Source of the DNA: Bacteroidota bacterium
GTDB taxonomy: Bacteria > Bacteroidota > Bacteroidia > Palsa-948
NCBI GenBank assembly: GCA_003164895.1
Contig: PLUL01000051.1
Coordinates: 691-64,690 of the forward strand
DNA length: 64,000 nucleotides
Direction: 5' to 3'
The notes under the pieces are model-generated. The model did not search any database and had not been told where the DNA came from. It worked only from the letters and a program-made list of their open reading frames with translations. This document shows, piece after piece, positions 1 to 8,328 of this stretch. Position numbers and translations under genes: made by a program. Numbering within the stretch: position 1 is the stretch's first letter; every line of letters begins with the position of its first letter.

Positions 1-250
1 GAGTTGCAGAGTTATCACATGGCTGGTAAATTGCCCGCGTTAAAAAATCTATCGCAAGTGGAATCTGAAATATACCAAGTCCAACAATCACATCAACTAT
101 AAATGCACCGGGTTTTATTTTTCTATGCGCTTCTCCTTTTGCTGGTTTAGTTTTCTGACATTGAGTTACCTTACCTCCAAAAAGAGTAGCACATCCACAT
201 TGAAAAAACAATACGATTGCAGCAGAAAAAATTAAAAATATTTTTTTCAT
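1..250 (-). CDS. Small lipoprotein of unknown function, 3' end runs off the window
   Basis: Not in the ORF track. Manual translation from ATG at 250: MKKIFLIFSAAIVLFFQCGCATLFGGKVTQCQKTKPAKGEAHRKIKPGAFIVDVIVGLGIFQIPLAIDFLTRAIYQPCDNSAT, open to position 1. Lipobox-like Cys after a hydrophobic stretch. Starts 2 nt after the stop of the WD40-caspase gene. Confidence 0.75.
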   Translation of the reverse strand, partial: MKKIFLIFSAAIVLFFQCGCATLFGGKVTQCQKTKPAKGEAHRKIKPGAFIVDVIVGLGIFQIPLAIDFLTRAIYQPCDNSAT

Positions 251-252
251 TT

Positions 253-2778
253 TTATTTTTTAATAAAAATAAACTGACCGCCTTCATCACCTGTATTTTT
301 AACAGGAGCAAGTTTTGGAGTTTGGTCGGAATTATTGATGACAGGAATTTTTATTTTGTTGTATATCTGCCCTACGTCAAAATATCTGTTTTCGTTGTCG
401 CCAAGACTTTTCAAAAAGTAATAAGCAAATATTGAGTGCCCGTCTTTTCCGCCATCCATCACCGGCTCAAGCCCGCCTGATGTCATCGCCTGTCTTGATG
501 GAAGTCCGTGAACTTCTTTGTAATATTTTTCTGATTCTTCAAACGGAACGGAAACCGTGCTTCCTCTGAAAATATCTCCGCTGAAGCAGGCATCGGCAAC
601 CAGCAAAGTATGCTTCGATTTTATTCCGCCTAAAAACGCCTGAAGGTCGGCATTGGAAATATAATTAGCAACCGAATTGGTCTTGGCATCAACCGGAACC
701 CAGAAACCTTTATTCAATTCTTGTTTGAATTCTCCGTGACCAGAATAGTAAATGAAAACATTGTCTTCCGGCTTTGCATTTTTTGCCAGCCAGTCAAACG
801 CATCAATAATGCCTACACGCGTTGCTTGCTCATCGTACATGGATTTGAAATCATCAAACTTATATTTTGATTTCAACATAGTTTCAATCGCCTTTGCATC
901 AGCCACTGCGGTTTTAAGCGCGGGCCAGGTTCCGGAATATTTATTTACTCCGATGATGAGCGCATAATATTTTCCTATCACCATATCTTTCGATTTGGTA
1001 ACATTCAATCCTTTGAGCGGGTCACCGCTGCCGCGCATTAATGGTTTTTCAGGAAGTTCCACCGGTGCTGTAACCTGCGCAATGGCAATATCAGTGGTTG
1101 GAAGCGCTTCATTCATTTTCACTTCGAGCACATGGTCATTTGCATTTGTATAAGCGCCTTCCAGATTTAATCCGATTCTAATTTTCGGTTTGGTAAATTC
1201 CTTGCTGGCATAGAATTCTACGCTGATTTCTTTTTCTTCTCCCGGAGGAATGGAAGGAATAAATTCCGAAAGTTTATTCACCGCCATCACATTTGGCGGA
1301 AATACATAATTCAATTTTACATTTTTTGCAGGTCCGCTGGAAGTATTTTTTAATTTCAATTTAAGTGTGATGGGCGCGCCTACTTCGGCTTTTCCTGTTG
1401 CAGAACTGTAAGCCGAACTCGTAACCATTACATAACTGTAGCTCACTCCACCGCGAGTTTGAAAAGGAACGGTAAACTGAGGTACAGAAAATCCATTTCC
1501 ATCCGTTATGCTAACCGTAAAAGTTGCAACGGAAGTTTCGAGCGTGGAGTCGGTATAAATAGGAAGAGAAACGGAAGTATATTTATCCGCTTCCAGGTTT
1601 CCTATGGCAACTTCCTTATCGAATTTCAATCCTACAATCGTTTGGTCAACCGAAACTTTTGCTACTATATTATACGCCTGTCCTTTGCCTGAATTTTTAA
1701 GAATGAAAGTAATTGTTGGCTTTTCAGGATTTTCAATGATGCCGTTGTGATTGTCTTCGTTCATCGTAACATTCAAAGTAGAAAGTTTTGGCTCGCCGGC
1801 ATCTTTCATGTATTTTTTCTTTCCTATTTTCAGATTAGAAACATCCCAAATATTCATGCTCATATCTTTACTGACAGAAACAAATAATTTTCCATTATCT
1901 GCAAAAGCAATTCCGGTAACATCACCATCGTGTGCAGGAAATTCTTTCGCCACCGCTTTTGTTTCAATGTTCCAGATGATAATTTTTTTATCAGCACCGC
2001 CGCAGGCAAGATATTGAACATCGGGGCTGATAGAAAGTGAATTCACCTGTGCTTTGAAATTTGTTTCAGCATATTTTGTTACCGCAGCAATGTCCCAGAT
2101 AATTACTGTTCCACTCACGCCACCACTTGCTAAATATTTTCCATCCGCACTCCATGCAAGCGCTGTTACTTCTTTTGAATCGGCATCAATGGATTTTTTC
2201 ATTTCGCCAGTGGTTGCATCCCATAGTTTAATTGTGTTGTCTGCTGAACCAGTTGCAATCATTTTTCCATCTGGACTGAACACCGCGGCATTCACCGTCT
2301 TGGTATGTCCTTTCAAAGAAAATTGTGAACCGCCAGTAACTCCGTCCCAAACTTTTGCAGAGCCGTCTTTCGAAGAACTTACAATGTAATCATTAATCGG
2401 ATTGAACGAAAGTGAAGTAATATCAAGCGTATGCTCTTTGGAAAGAATTTTTTTAATCTTGGATTCTTTTGCATCAAATACAAGAATTTTTCCATCGGCA
2501 GTTCCGGTAGCAAAAAGTTTTCCGTTCGAGCTGTAAGCAACTGCGGTTACTCCGGCAGAATGACCAAACACTTTTGTCTTATCTCCCGATTTCACATCCC
2601 ACATTTGCGCTCGCTTGTCGGCTCCTCCGGTAACGATGGTCGTGGCATCGTTATTAATGGCAACCGAAAGTATTTCGGAAGTATGCGCGGCATCTTTATT
2701 TTTTAATAAATCCTGAGAGAAAACGGCAGATGCAAATACAGCAATCAGGGCGGCAGAAAGCGTAATTTTCTTGGTCAT
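253..2778 (-). CDS. Exported WD40 beta-propeller + Ig-like domains + caspase-family (peptidase C14) protein
   Basis: Sec signal ending VFS-Q. About 7 WD40 repeats (GH...WD, e.g. GHTKTVNAAVFSPDGKMIATGSADNTIKLWD). C-terminal YALIIG start and caspase His-Cys dyad motifs YYSGHG and ADACFSG. Confidence 0.9.
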   Translation of the reverse strand: MTKKITLSAALIAVFASAVFSQDLLKNKDAAHTSEILSVAINNDATTIVTGGADKRAQMWDVKSGDKTKVFGHSAGVTAVAYSSNGKLFATGTADGKILVFDAKESKIKKILSKEHTLDITSLSFNPINDYIVSSSKDGSAKVWDGVTGGSQFSLKGHTKTVNAAVFSPDGKMIATGSADNTIKLWDATTGEMKKSIDADSKEVTALAWSADGKYLASGGVSGTVIIWDIAAVTKYAETNFKAQVNSLSISPDVQYLACGGADKKIIIWNIETKAVAKEFPAHDGDVTGIAFADNGKLFVSVSKDMSMNIWDVSNLKIGKKKYMKDAGEPKLSTLNVTMNEDNHNGIIENPEKPTITFILKNSGKGQAYNIVAKVSVDQTIVGLKFDKEVAIGNLEADKYTSVSLPIYTDSTLETSVATFTVSITDGNGFSVPQFTVPFQTRGGVSYSYVMVTSSAYSSATGKAEVGAPITLKLKLKNTSSGPAKNVKLNYVFPPNVMAVNKLSEFIPSIPPGEEKEISVEFYASKEFTKPKIRIGLNLEGAYTNANDHVLEVKMNEALPTTDIAIAQVTAPVELPEKPLMRGSGDPLKGLNVTKSKDMVIGKYYALIIGVNKYSGTWPALKTAVADAKAIETMLKSKYKFDDFKSMYDEQATRVGIIDAFDWLAKNAKPEDNVFIYYSGHGEFKQELNKGFWVPVDAKTNSVANYISNADLQAFLGGIKSKHTLLVADACFSGDIFRGSTVSVPFEESEKYYKEVHGLPSRQAMTSGGLEPVMDGGKDGHSIFAYYFLKSLGDNENRYFDVGQIYNKIKIPVINNSDQTPKLAPVKNTGDEGGQFIFIKK

Positions 2779-2877
2779 GAAAAATGATTTTTTATGGAGG
2801 CGAAGTTACTAAAAAATATTATTACTTTCGCATTCAATATAACTGCGCTCGTTAACGAGCTAATCAAAATTATTAAG

Positions 2878-4413
2878 ATGAAGAATAAAAAATTGCTTCT
2901 GGCTTCTGGCTTTTTGCTTCTGGCTTCCGGCATTTTCGCACAGATTAATCCAAACTTTAATTACACACAAACTTGTTATGGCAATCAAACTACGTTGCTC
3001 GCTTCTTCCGCATTGCTTGACACATCTATTAAAAGTTGGGTGTGGCATTTGCCCGATAACGGCACACACGACACGATTCAATATGGAAAAATGATTATTT
3101 ATCTTTTTTCTACAAAAGACACCAATGCAGTAAAATTGAAAATCACTCCTAATGTTGGAACACCTGATTCGATTACAAAAAATGTAATTATTGATCCGAT
3201 CCCACAGGTGAATTTTTTTGTAAATAATCTTTGTCAAGGGAAAAATGCAAGCTACATCAGTCAGTCTACAATTTCTTCAGGTAGCATCACAAATTATACT
3301 TGGGATTTTCATAATGACGGATCGGGTTTTGGTACTGGAGACACGGCTATTTATAATAATGGCACTCCCGGCATTTATCAAACCAAACTCACTTGCACTT
3401 CCAACAAAGGATGCCAAGCGTTTGCTGTTAAGACAACTCAAGTCTATCCAACTCCGACTGTTTCATTTAATACTACTAATTTTTGTTTGAACAACATAGC
3501 TACTTTTACGAACACCAGTATTGTAACTAATCTTGATCATTACCTTTGGAATTTTGGAGATGGAAGTCAAGGCACTACCTCTACCAATGGAACTCATATT
3601 TATGCTACTACCGGAAATTATTCCGTTACATTGATTGCTGTTACACAAAGCGGTTGTCGTGACACTACATCATTACCTACTACTATTTTCCCACTTCCTG
3701 TAGTATCCATTTCAGGGAATACACCAACCTGTATGGGAAATGCAGTTATACTCAATGCTTCCGGCGGAACTACTTATTCTTGGAACAACGGCGCAACTAC
3801 TGGAAGTATTACAGATGTTCCAACTGCTACTACTACTTATTCCGTTACTGCTACAAATCCCAATGGATGTTCAAATACGGCAAATGCATTAGTAACTGTA
3901 AATCCGTTACCGATGGTTTCAATTACTTCTCCAGTAGGTCGAGTTTTGTACCCCAACAGCAATGTAATTCTCGTTGCAAACGGAGCAACAAGTTATCAAT
4001 GGTATAAAAATCATATTTCAATTACCGGAGCAATTAACGACAACATCAAAGTTGATTCGAGTGGAATTTATTCTGTAACTGGAACAGATATGAACTCCTG
4101 CATGGCAAAAGACAGTATCAGCATTGTAAATGAAAGTTCAGATACAGTTGCTGTTACCAGCAATATTCTTACTCCGAATGGAGATGCCATAAACGATGTG
4201 CTGATGATTTTTAATATTTCCGCTTATCAAAATTGTCAACTTACTATTTACAATATGTGGAATGATAAAGTATTTCATACTGATCACTATAATAATAATT
4301 GGGATGGCAGATTAAATGGAAGCGGAAATATAGTCCCTTCGGGACCCTATTATTACATCATCAAATGCGATGATAAACCAATCTTGAAAGGAAACATAAA
4401 CGTACTTCATTAA
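2878..4413 (+). CDS. T9SS cargo with PKD/Ig-like domains and type B (gliding motility-associated) C-terminal domain
   Basis: Probable start ATG 2878 (MKNKKLLL...FAQ signal). PKD motif YLWNFGDG. C-terminal NILTPNGDAIND...IYNMW...WDG...GPYYY. Directly followed by a PorP/SprF gene. Confidence 0.88.
   Translation: MKNKKLLLASGFLLLASGIFAQINPNFNYTQTCYGNQTTLLASSALLDTSIKSWVWHLPDNGTHDTIQYGKMIIYLFSTKDTNAVKLKITPNVGTPDSITKNVIIDPIPQVNFFVNNLCQGKNASYISQSTISSGSITNYTWDFHNDGSGFGTGDTAIYNNGTPGIYQTKLTCTSNKGCQAFAVKTTQVYPTPTVSFNTTNFCLNNIATFTNTSIVTNLDHYLWNFGDGSQGTTSTNGTHIYATTGNYSVTLIAVTQSGCRDTTSLPTTIFPLPVVSISGNTPTCMGNAVILNASGGTTYSWNNGATTGSITDVPTATTTYSVTATNPNGCSNTANALVTVNPLPMVSITSPVGRVLYPNSNVILVANGATSYQWYKNHISITGAINDNIKVDSSGIYSVTGTDMNSCMAKDSISIVNESSDTVAVTSNILTPNGDAINDVLMIFNISAYQNCQLTIYNMWNDKVFHTDHYNNNWDGRLNGSGNIVPSGPYYYIIKCDDKPILKGNINVLH
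2895..2929 (+). repeat. Heptamer tandem array GCTTCTG x5 (degenerate) in signal peptide
   Basis: GCTTCTG GCTTCTG GCTTTTT GCTTCTG GCTTCCG, encoding LLASGFLLLASG. Confidence 0.85.
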
Positions 4414-4440
4414 TTTATAGTTTATATTCAAAGTTTAAAG

Positions 4441-5385
4441 ATGAAAAATAAAATTCTACTTCTTGCTAATGGCTTTTGGCTGATGGCTAATGGCTTGTTT
4501 GCTCAACAGCTTCCACTTACCGATCAATACACAGTAAACAAATTTGTTTTGTCGCCTGCGTATGCCGGAACAAGCGAGGCATTTGAAATTTTCGGCACCT
4601 ACAGAAATGAATGGGTTGGAATTTCAGGTGCACCTGATACTAAAATTATTACGGCTGACGGATTGGTTTGTAAAAACATGGGGATTGGAGGAAGTATCAG
4701 CAGTATTGAAGCCGGAATTTTCAGAAATCAATCTGCTTCTTTTACTTACGCTTATCATGCAAAGCTTGGCGCAACACAAACCTTAAGTTTCGGACTTAGT
4801 ATTGGTTTACTCGAAAGTCACGTGGATGTAACAAGTGCCGGTGCACAGACAGATCCGGTTGTTGCAAATGCACAGAATTTTAATTCTCTGGTGCTTGATG
4901 GCGGCTTCGGAATGTTGTATCGCTGCAAAAATTTTCATGCTGCATTTTCATTGCCGCAAATGCTCGGCAGCAAAATAAAAAATGCTGACGGAAATACTAT
5001 TTACGCTCTTGCCATGCAGCCATCCATTAATGTTGGATACAAATATGCGTTCAATTCCGATTGGACAATTGATCCGATTGTGAAAGTAACAAAGGCAATT
5101 AATTCTAACACATCTTTCGAACTCGCGGTTCCCATTATGTACAAACAAAAAGTTTGGCTCGTTCCCATCTACAAAAATACTGCGTTTGGAGTTGGCTTCG
5201 GAGGAATGCCTTACGGAAATTTCATCGCACAATATTCGTATGAATTTTCTTCAACCGGAATGCTTGCACAATCTTCCGGCACGCACGAAATTACTATCGG
5301 TTGGAGAATGCAGTCTTCAAAGAAAAAAACCGATGTGCCTGCTCCCGATTCTAAAAAACCATATTACCAGTGGTTGAATAAGTAA
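4441..5385 (+). CDS. PorP/SprF family T9SS outer-membrane protein
   Basis: QQLP..QY....LSPAYAG, YRNEWVGISGAP and C-terminal YSYE...GTHEITIG motifs typical of PorP/SprF. Lies downstream of a type B CTD cargo. Confidence 0.9.
   Translation: MKNKILLLANGFWLMANGLFAQQLPLTDQYTVNKFVLSPAYAGTSEAFEIFGTYRNEWVGISGAPDTKIITADGLVCKNMGIGGSISSIEAGIFRNQSASFTYAYHAKLGATQTLSFGLSIGLLESHVDVTSAGAQTDPVVANAQNFNSLVLDGGFGMLYRCKNFHAAFSLPQMLGSKIKNADGNTIYALAMQPSINVGYKYAFNSDWTIDPIVKVTKAINSNTSFELAVPIMYKQKVWLVPIYKNTAFGVGFGGMPYGNFIAQYSYEFSSTGMLAQSSGTHEITIGWRMQSSKKKTDVPAPDSKKPYYQWLNK
4465..4499 (+). repeat. Heptamer tandem array GCTAATG-like x5 (degenerate) in signal peptide
   Basis: GCTAATG GCTTTTG GCTGATG GCTAATG GCTTGTT, encoding ANGFWLMANGL. 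Confidence 0.75.
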
Positions 5386-5388
5386 TAA

Positions 5389-6756
5389 ATGGGTTACAAG
5401 TTACAAGTTACAGGTTACAGGTTGAAATCGTTTCATTTTCTGAATGTATTTTTGATTTTACAATTTGCAATCTGCAATTTGCAATCTGCAATCTGCCAAA
5501 CTCCAATTCCCGCTCCTCCGCAAACAAAAAGTATTTTGCTGATGAATGGCATTGCGCACATCGGCAACGGGAAAGTAATTGAGAATTCTGCCATCGGATT
5601 CAAGAATGGAAAAATAGAACTTATTGCAGATGCCACTACCATCCGCCTCATGAAAGGTGCGTATGATACAACTATAAATATTTCGGGCAAACATGTTTAT
5701 CCCGGATTTATCGCACCAAATTCTACGCTTGGATTAAATGAAATTGAAGCCGTGCGCGCTACTCGTGATTTTTCCGAAACAGGAAGTTACAATCCACATG
5801 TTCGAAGCATCGTTGCTTACAACAGCGATTCAAAAATTCCGCCAACGGTGAGAACGAACGGTATTTTACTTGCACAAATTACTCCGCGCAGCGGAACTAT
5901 TTCAGGAACTTCTTCCATTATTGAATTGGACGGATGGAACTGGGAAGACATGGCGCTAAAAACCGATGACGGCATTCACCTCAACTGGCCCAGAATGTTC
6001 AAACGCGAAAGGGAAAAAGATGAGGACTTTAATGAAATGCCTCCGCTGAAAAAAAATGAAGATTACGAAAAACAGAAAAATGAACTTAAAAAGTTTTTTT
6101 CGGATGCAAAAGCATACAACGAAATTCCTGCCGCTGAAAAAAATCTTCGTCTCGAAGCGATGAAAGGAATTTTTTCAAGTGCAAAAATTCTTTACGTTCA
6201 TGTCAATTATGCAAAAGAAATTGAAGATGCCGTTCATTTTTTAAAAGACGCTGGCGTAAAAAAAATGGTGATCGTGGGCGGAACAGATTCGTGGATGGTT
6301 GCCGATTTGCTCAAAGAAAATAATATTCCGGTGATGGTGAACCGCATTCACGATCTGCCAAACAGAACCGATGACGATATAGATCTTCCGTATAAACTGC
6401 CTACACTTTTGCAGAAAGCCGGGGTTTTATTTTGCCTCGAAAATTCGGGCGACATGGAAGAAATGCAGGAGCGCAATCTGCCTTTCAATGCCGGAACTGC
6501 CGCTGCTTACGGACTTACAAAAGAAGAAGCGCTTGCTTCCATTACGCTGAACGCGGCAAAGATTTTAGGAATTGATAACCGCGTTGGTTCGCTCGAAGCC
6601 GGCAAAGATGCCACGCTTTTTATTTCCACCGGTGATGCACTGGATATGAAATCGAACAATGTGGAACTGGCATTTATACGCGGAAAAAAACTTGACCTCT
6701 CCAACGAACAGAAAGCACTGTACGGAAAGTACATGAAGAAGTACGGATTGAAATGA
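5389..6756 (+). CDS. Amidohydrolase-superfamily protein, exported
   Basis: GKHVYPGFI N-terminal strand and C-terminal ITLNAAKILGIDNRVGSLEAGKDA motif. The canonical HxH after PGFI is absent (APNS). Confidence 0.85.
   Translation: MGYKLQVTGYRLKSFHFLNVFLILQFAICNLQSAICQTPIPAPPQTKSILLMNGIAHIGNGKVIENSAIGFKNGKIELIADATTIRLMKGAYDTTINISGKHVYPGFIAPNSTLGLNEIEAVRATRDFSETGSYNPHVRSIVAYNSDSKIPPTVRTNGILLAQITPRSGTISGTSSIIELDGWNWEDMALKTDDGIHLNWPRMFKREREKDEDFNEMPPLKKNEDYEKQKNELKKFFSDAKAYNEIPAAEKNLRLEAMKGIFSSAKILYVHVNYAKEIEDAVHFLKDAGVKKMVIVGGTDSWMVADLLKENNIPVMVNRIHDLPNRTDDDIDLPYKLPTLLQKAGVLFCLENSGDMEEMQERNLPFNAGTAAAYGLTKEEALASITLNAAKILGIDNRVGSLEAGKDATLFISTGDALDMKSNNVELAFIRGKKLDLSNEQKALYGKYMKKYGLK
5393..5423 (+). 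repeat. Heptamer tandem array GTTACAR x4 at gene start
   Basis: GTTACAA GTTACAA GTTACAG GTTACAG GTT, encoding (M)GYKLQVTGYRL. Confidence 0.9.
5461..5495 (+). repeat. Heptamer tandem array CAATYTG x5 in signal peptide
   Basis: CAATTTG CAATCTG CAATTTG CAATCTG CAATCTG, encoding QFAICNLQSAIC. Confidence 0.9.
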
Positions 6757-6795
6757 ATTGTATTGACGGCAAATCACGACCTTTAAATTGCCACA

Positions 6796-8328
6796 ATGAA
6801 AAATTTTAAATTCATTTTTTACAAACTCAGCCCGGATTTGTTCTTTGTTGTTTTTGCATCTTTTTTTGGTTTAATCATATTACTATTAACACCTCCTTTT
6901 CAAATACCTGATGAAATCAACCATTTCTATAGAGCTTATCAGATTTCAGAAGGCACTTTAATTTCGATTAAACAAGACAATCGTGTAGGAGGATTCATAC
7001 CAACAAGTCTTATAAAAATAACAGAACCCTTTTTGTACTTGCGTTGGAATAAGAATGTAAAAACAAATTACAAAACTATTCTTGAACAATTCAAAATACC
7101 ATTAAACCCGGAAGAAAAATGTTTTGCCGATTTTCCAAATACTGCTATGTATTCTCCTATCGCATATTTTCCTCAAGCAATATCTATTTTTACTTTAAGA
7201 AAACTTCATGCCCCACCAATATATTTATTCTATGGAGCAAGGATTTTCACATTAATTTTTTGGATTTGCAGCATATTTTATACTATAAGATTAATGCCTT
7301 TTTTAAAATGGCTATTTGCGCTTATTGCTTTGCTGCCTATGTCTCTGTTTATAAACATGTCATTAAGCGCGGATGTAGTAACTAATTTATTATCGTTTAT
7401 CTTAATAGCATATACCTTCAAATTATCTTTTTTAGAACAAACTATCTCTATAAAAAATTTCATTATTACTTCTTTATTACTATTCGTACTGGCATCTTCC
7501 AAACTCGTTTATACTCCTCTAATACTTTTGTTTCTATTGATTCCCAAAGAAAAATTTATTAATAAAAAAACTTATTACATTAAACTAATATTGCTTTTAA
7601 TTATTTCTTTGGGAACTGTTTTATTTTGGTCAACAATATTAAATAGTCTATATACGCCTTACGCTGAATATAATATTGCATTTCGGGATAATGCAAATTT
7701 GATGCAATGTGCAGATATGCACGAGCAAATGCAATATATATTAAATCATGGATTATATATATTGATTGTTTTTGTTATTTCGATGCTCCATACTTTTAAC
7801 ATGTATTTTCAGAGCTATATTGGCACTTTCGGTTGGCTCGATACAGAATTGCCGATATGGTTTATCTACTTTTCATATGCAATACTTGTATTTGTCGCAA
7901 TTGCAGATAGAGGTAATTCCATTAGTTTGAAGTCATATCATAAAAAAATAATATCTATTAGTTTAATTGCAGTCATCTGTCTGGTGCTTTTATCCCAGCA
8001 TTTAACATGGGATTGTGTTGGAGGCATGATAATTGGCACTATTCAAGGAAGGTATTTTATTCCGGCTTTTCCACTTCTTTTTATTTTACTTTATAATTCA
8101 AAATTTAATCATTCCAAACCAATAGTACCTATAATTATTATCTTCTCATTTCTTAGTTTATTACTGACCATTAAAACCCTGTATACAAGGTATTATGACA
8201 CTACTGAATTTGAATCTACTACAATTATACCAGCAAATTACAACCTCTCAAATCGCTGTTGTCCATCCTGCCAAGCACTTCAAAACTTCCATCTTTATGA
8301 GTTCTTCCCACATCCTGCGTGGCAATGA
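6796..8328 (+). CDS. DUF2142-family polytopic membrane protein (putative GT-C glycosyltransferase)
   Basis: TPPFQIPDEINHFYRAYQIS, YSPIAYFPQAI, IGTFGWLDT and QGRYFIP motifs, with many TM segments. The last 104 nt overlap the convergent gene. Confidence 0.8.
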   Translation: MKNFKFIFYKLSPDLFFVVFASFFGLIILLLTPPFQIPDEINHFYRAYQISEGTLISIKQDNRVGGFIPTSLIKITEPFLYLRWNKNVKTNYKTILEQFKIPLNPEEKCFADFPNTAMYSPIAYFPQAISIFTLRKLHAPPIYLFYGARIFTLIFWICSIFYTIRLMPFLKWLFALIALLPMSLFINMSLSADVVTNLLSFILIAYTFKLSFLEQTISIKNFIITSLLLFVLASSKLVYTPLILLFLLIPKEKFINKKTYYIKLILLLIISLGTVLFWSTILNSLYTPYAEYNIAFRDNANLMQCADMHEQMQYILNHGLYILIVFVISMLHTFNMYFQSYIGTFGWLDTELPIWFIYFSYAILVFVAIADRGNSISLKSYHKKIISISLIAVICLVLLSQHLTWDCVGGMIIGTIQGRYFIPAFPLLFILLYNSKFNHSKPIVPIIIIFSFLSLLLTIKTLYTRYYDTTEFESTTIIPANYNLSNRCCPSCQALQNFHLYEFFPHPAWQ

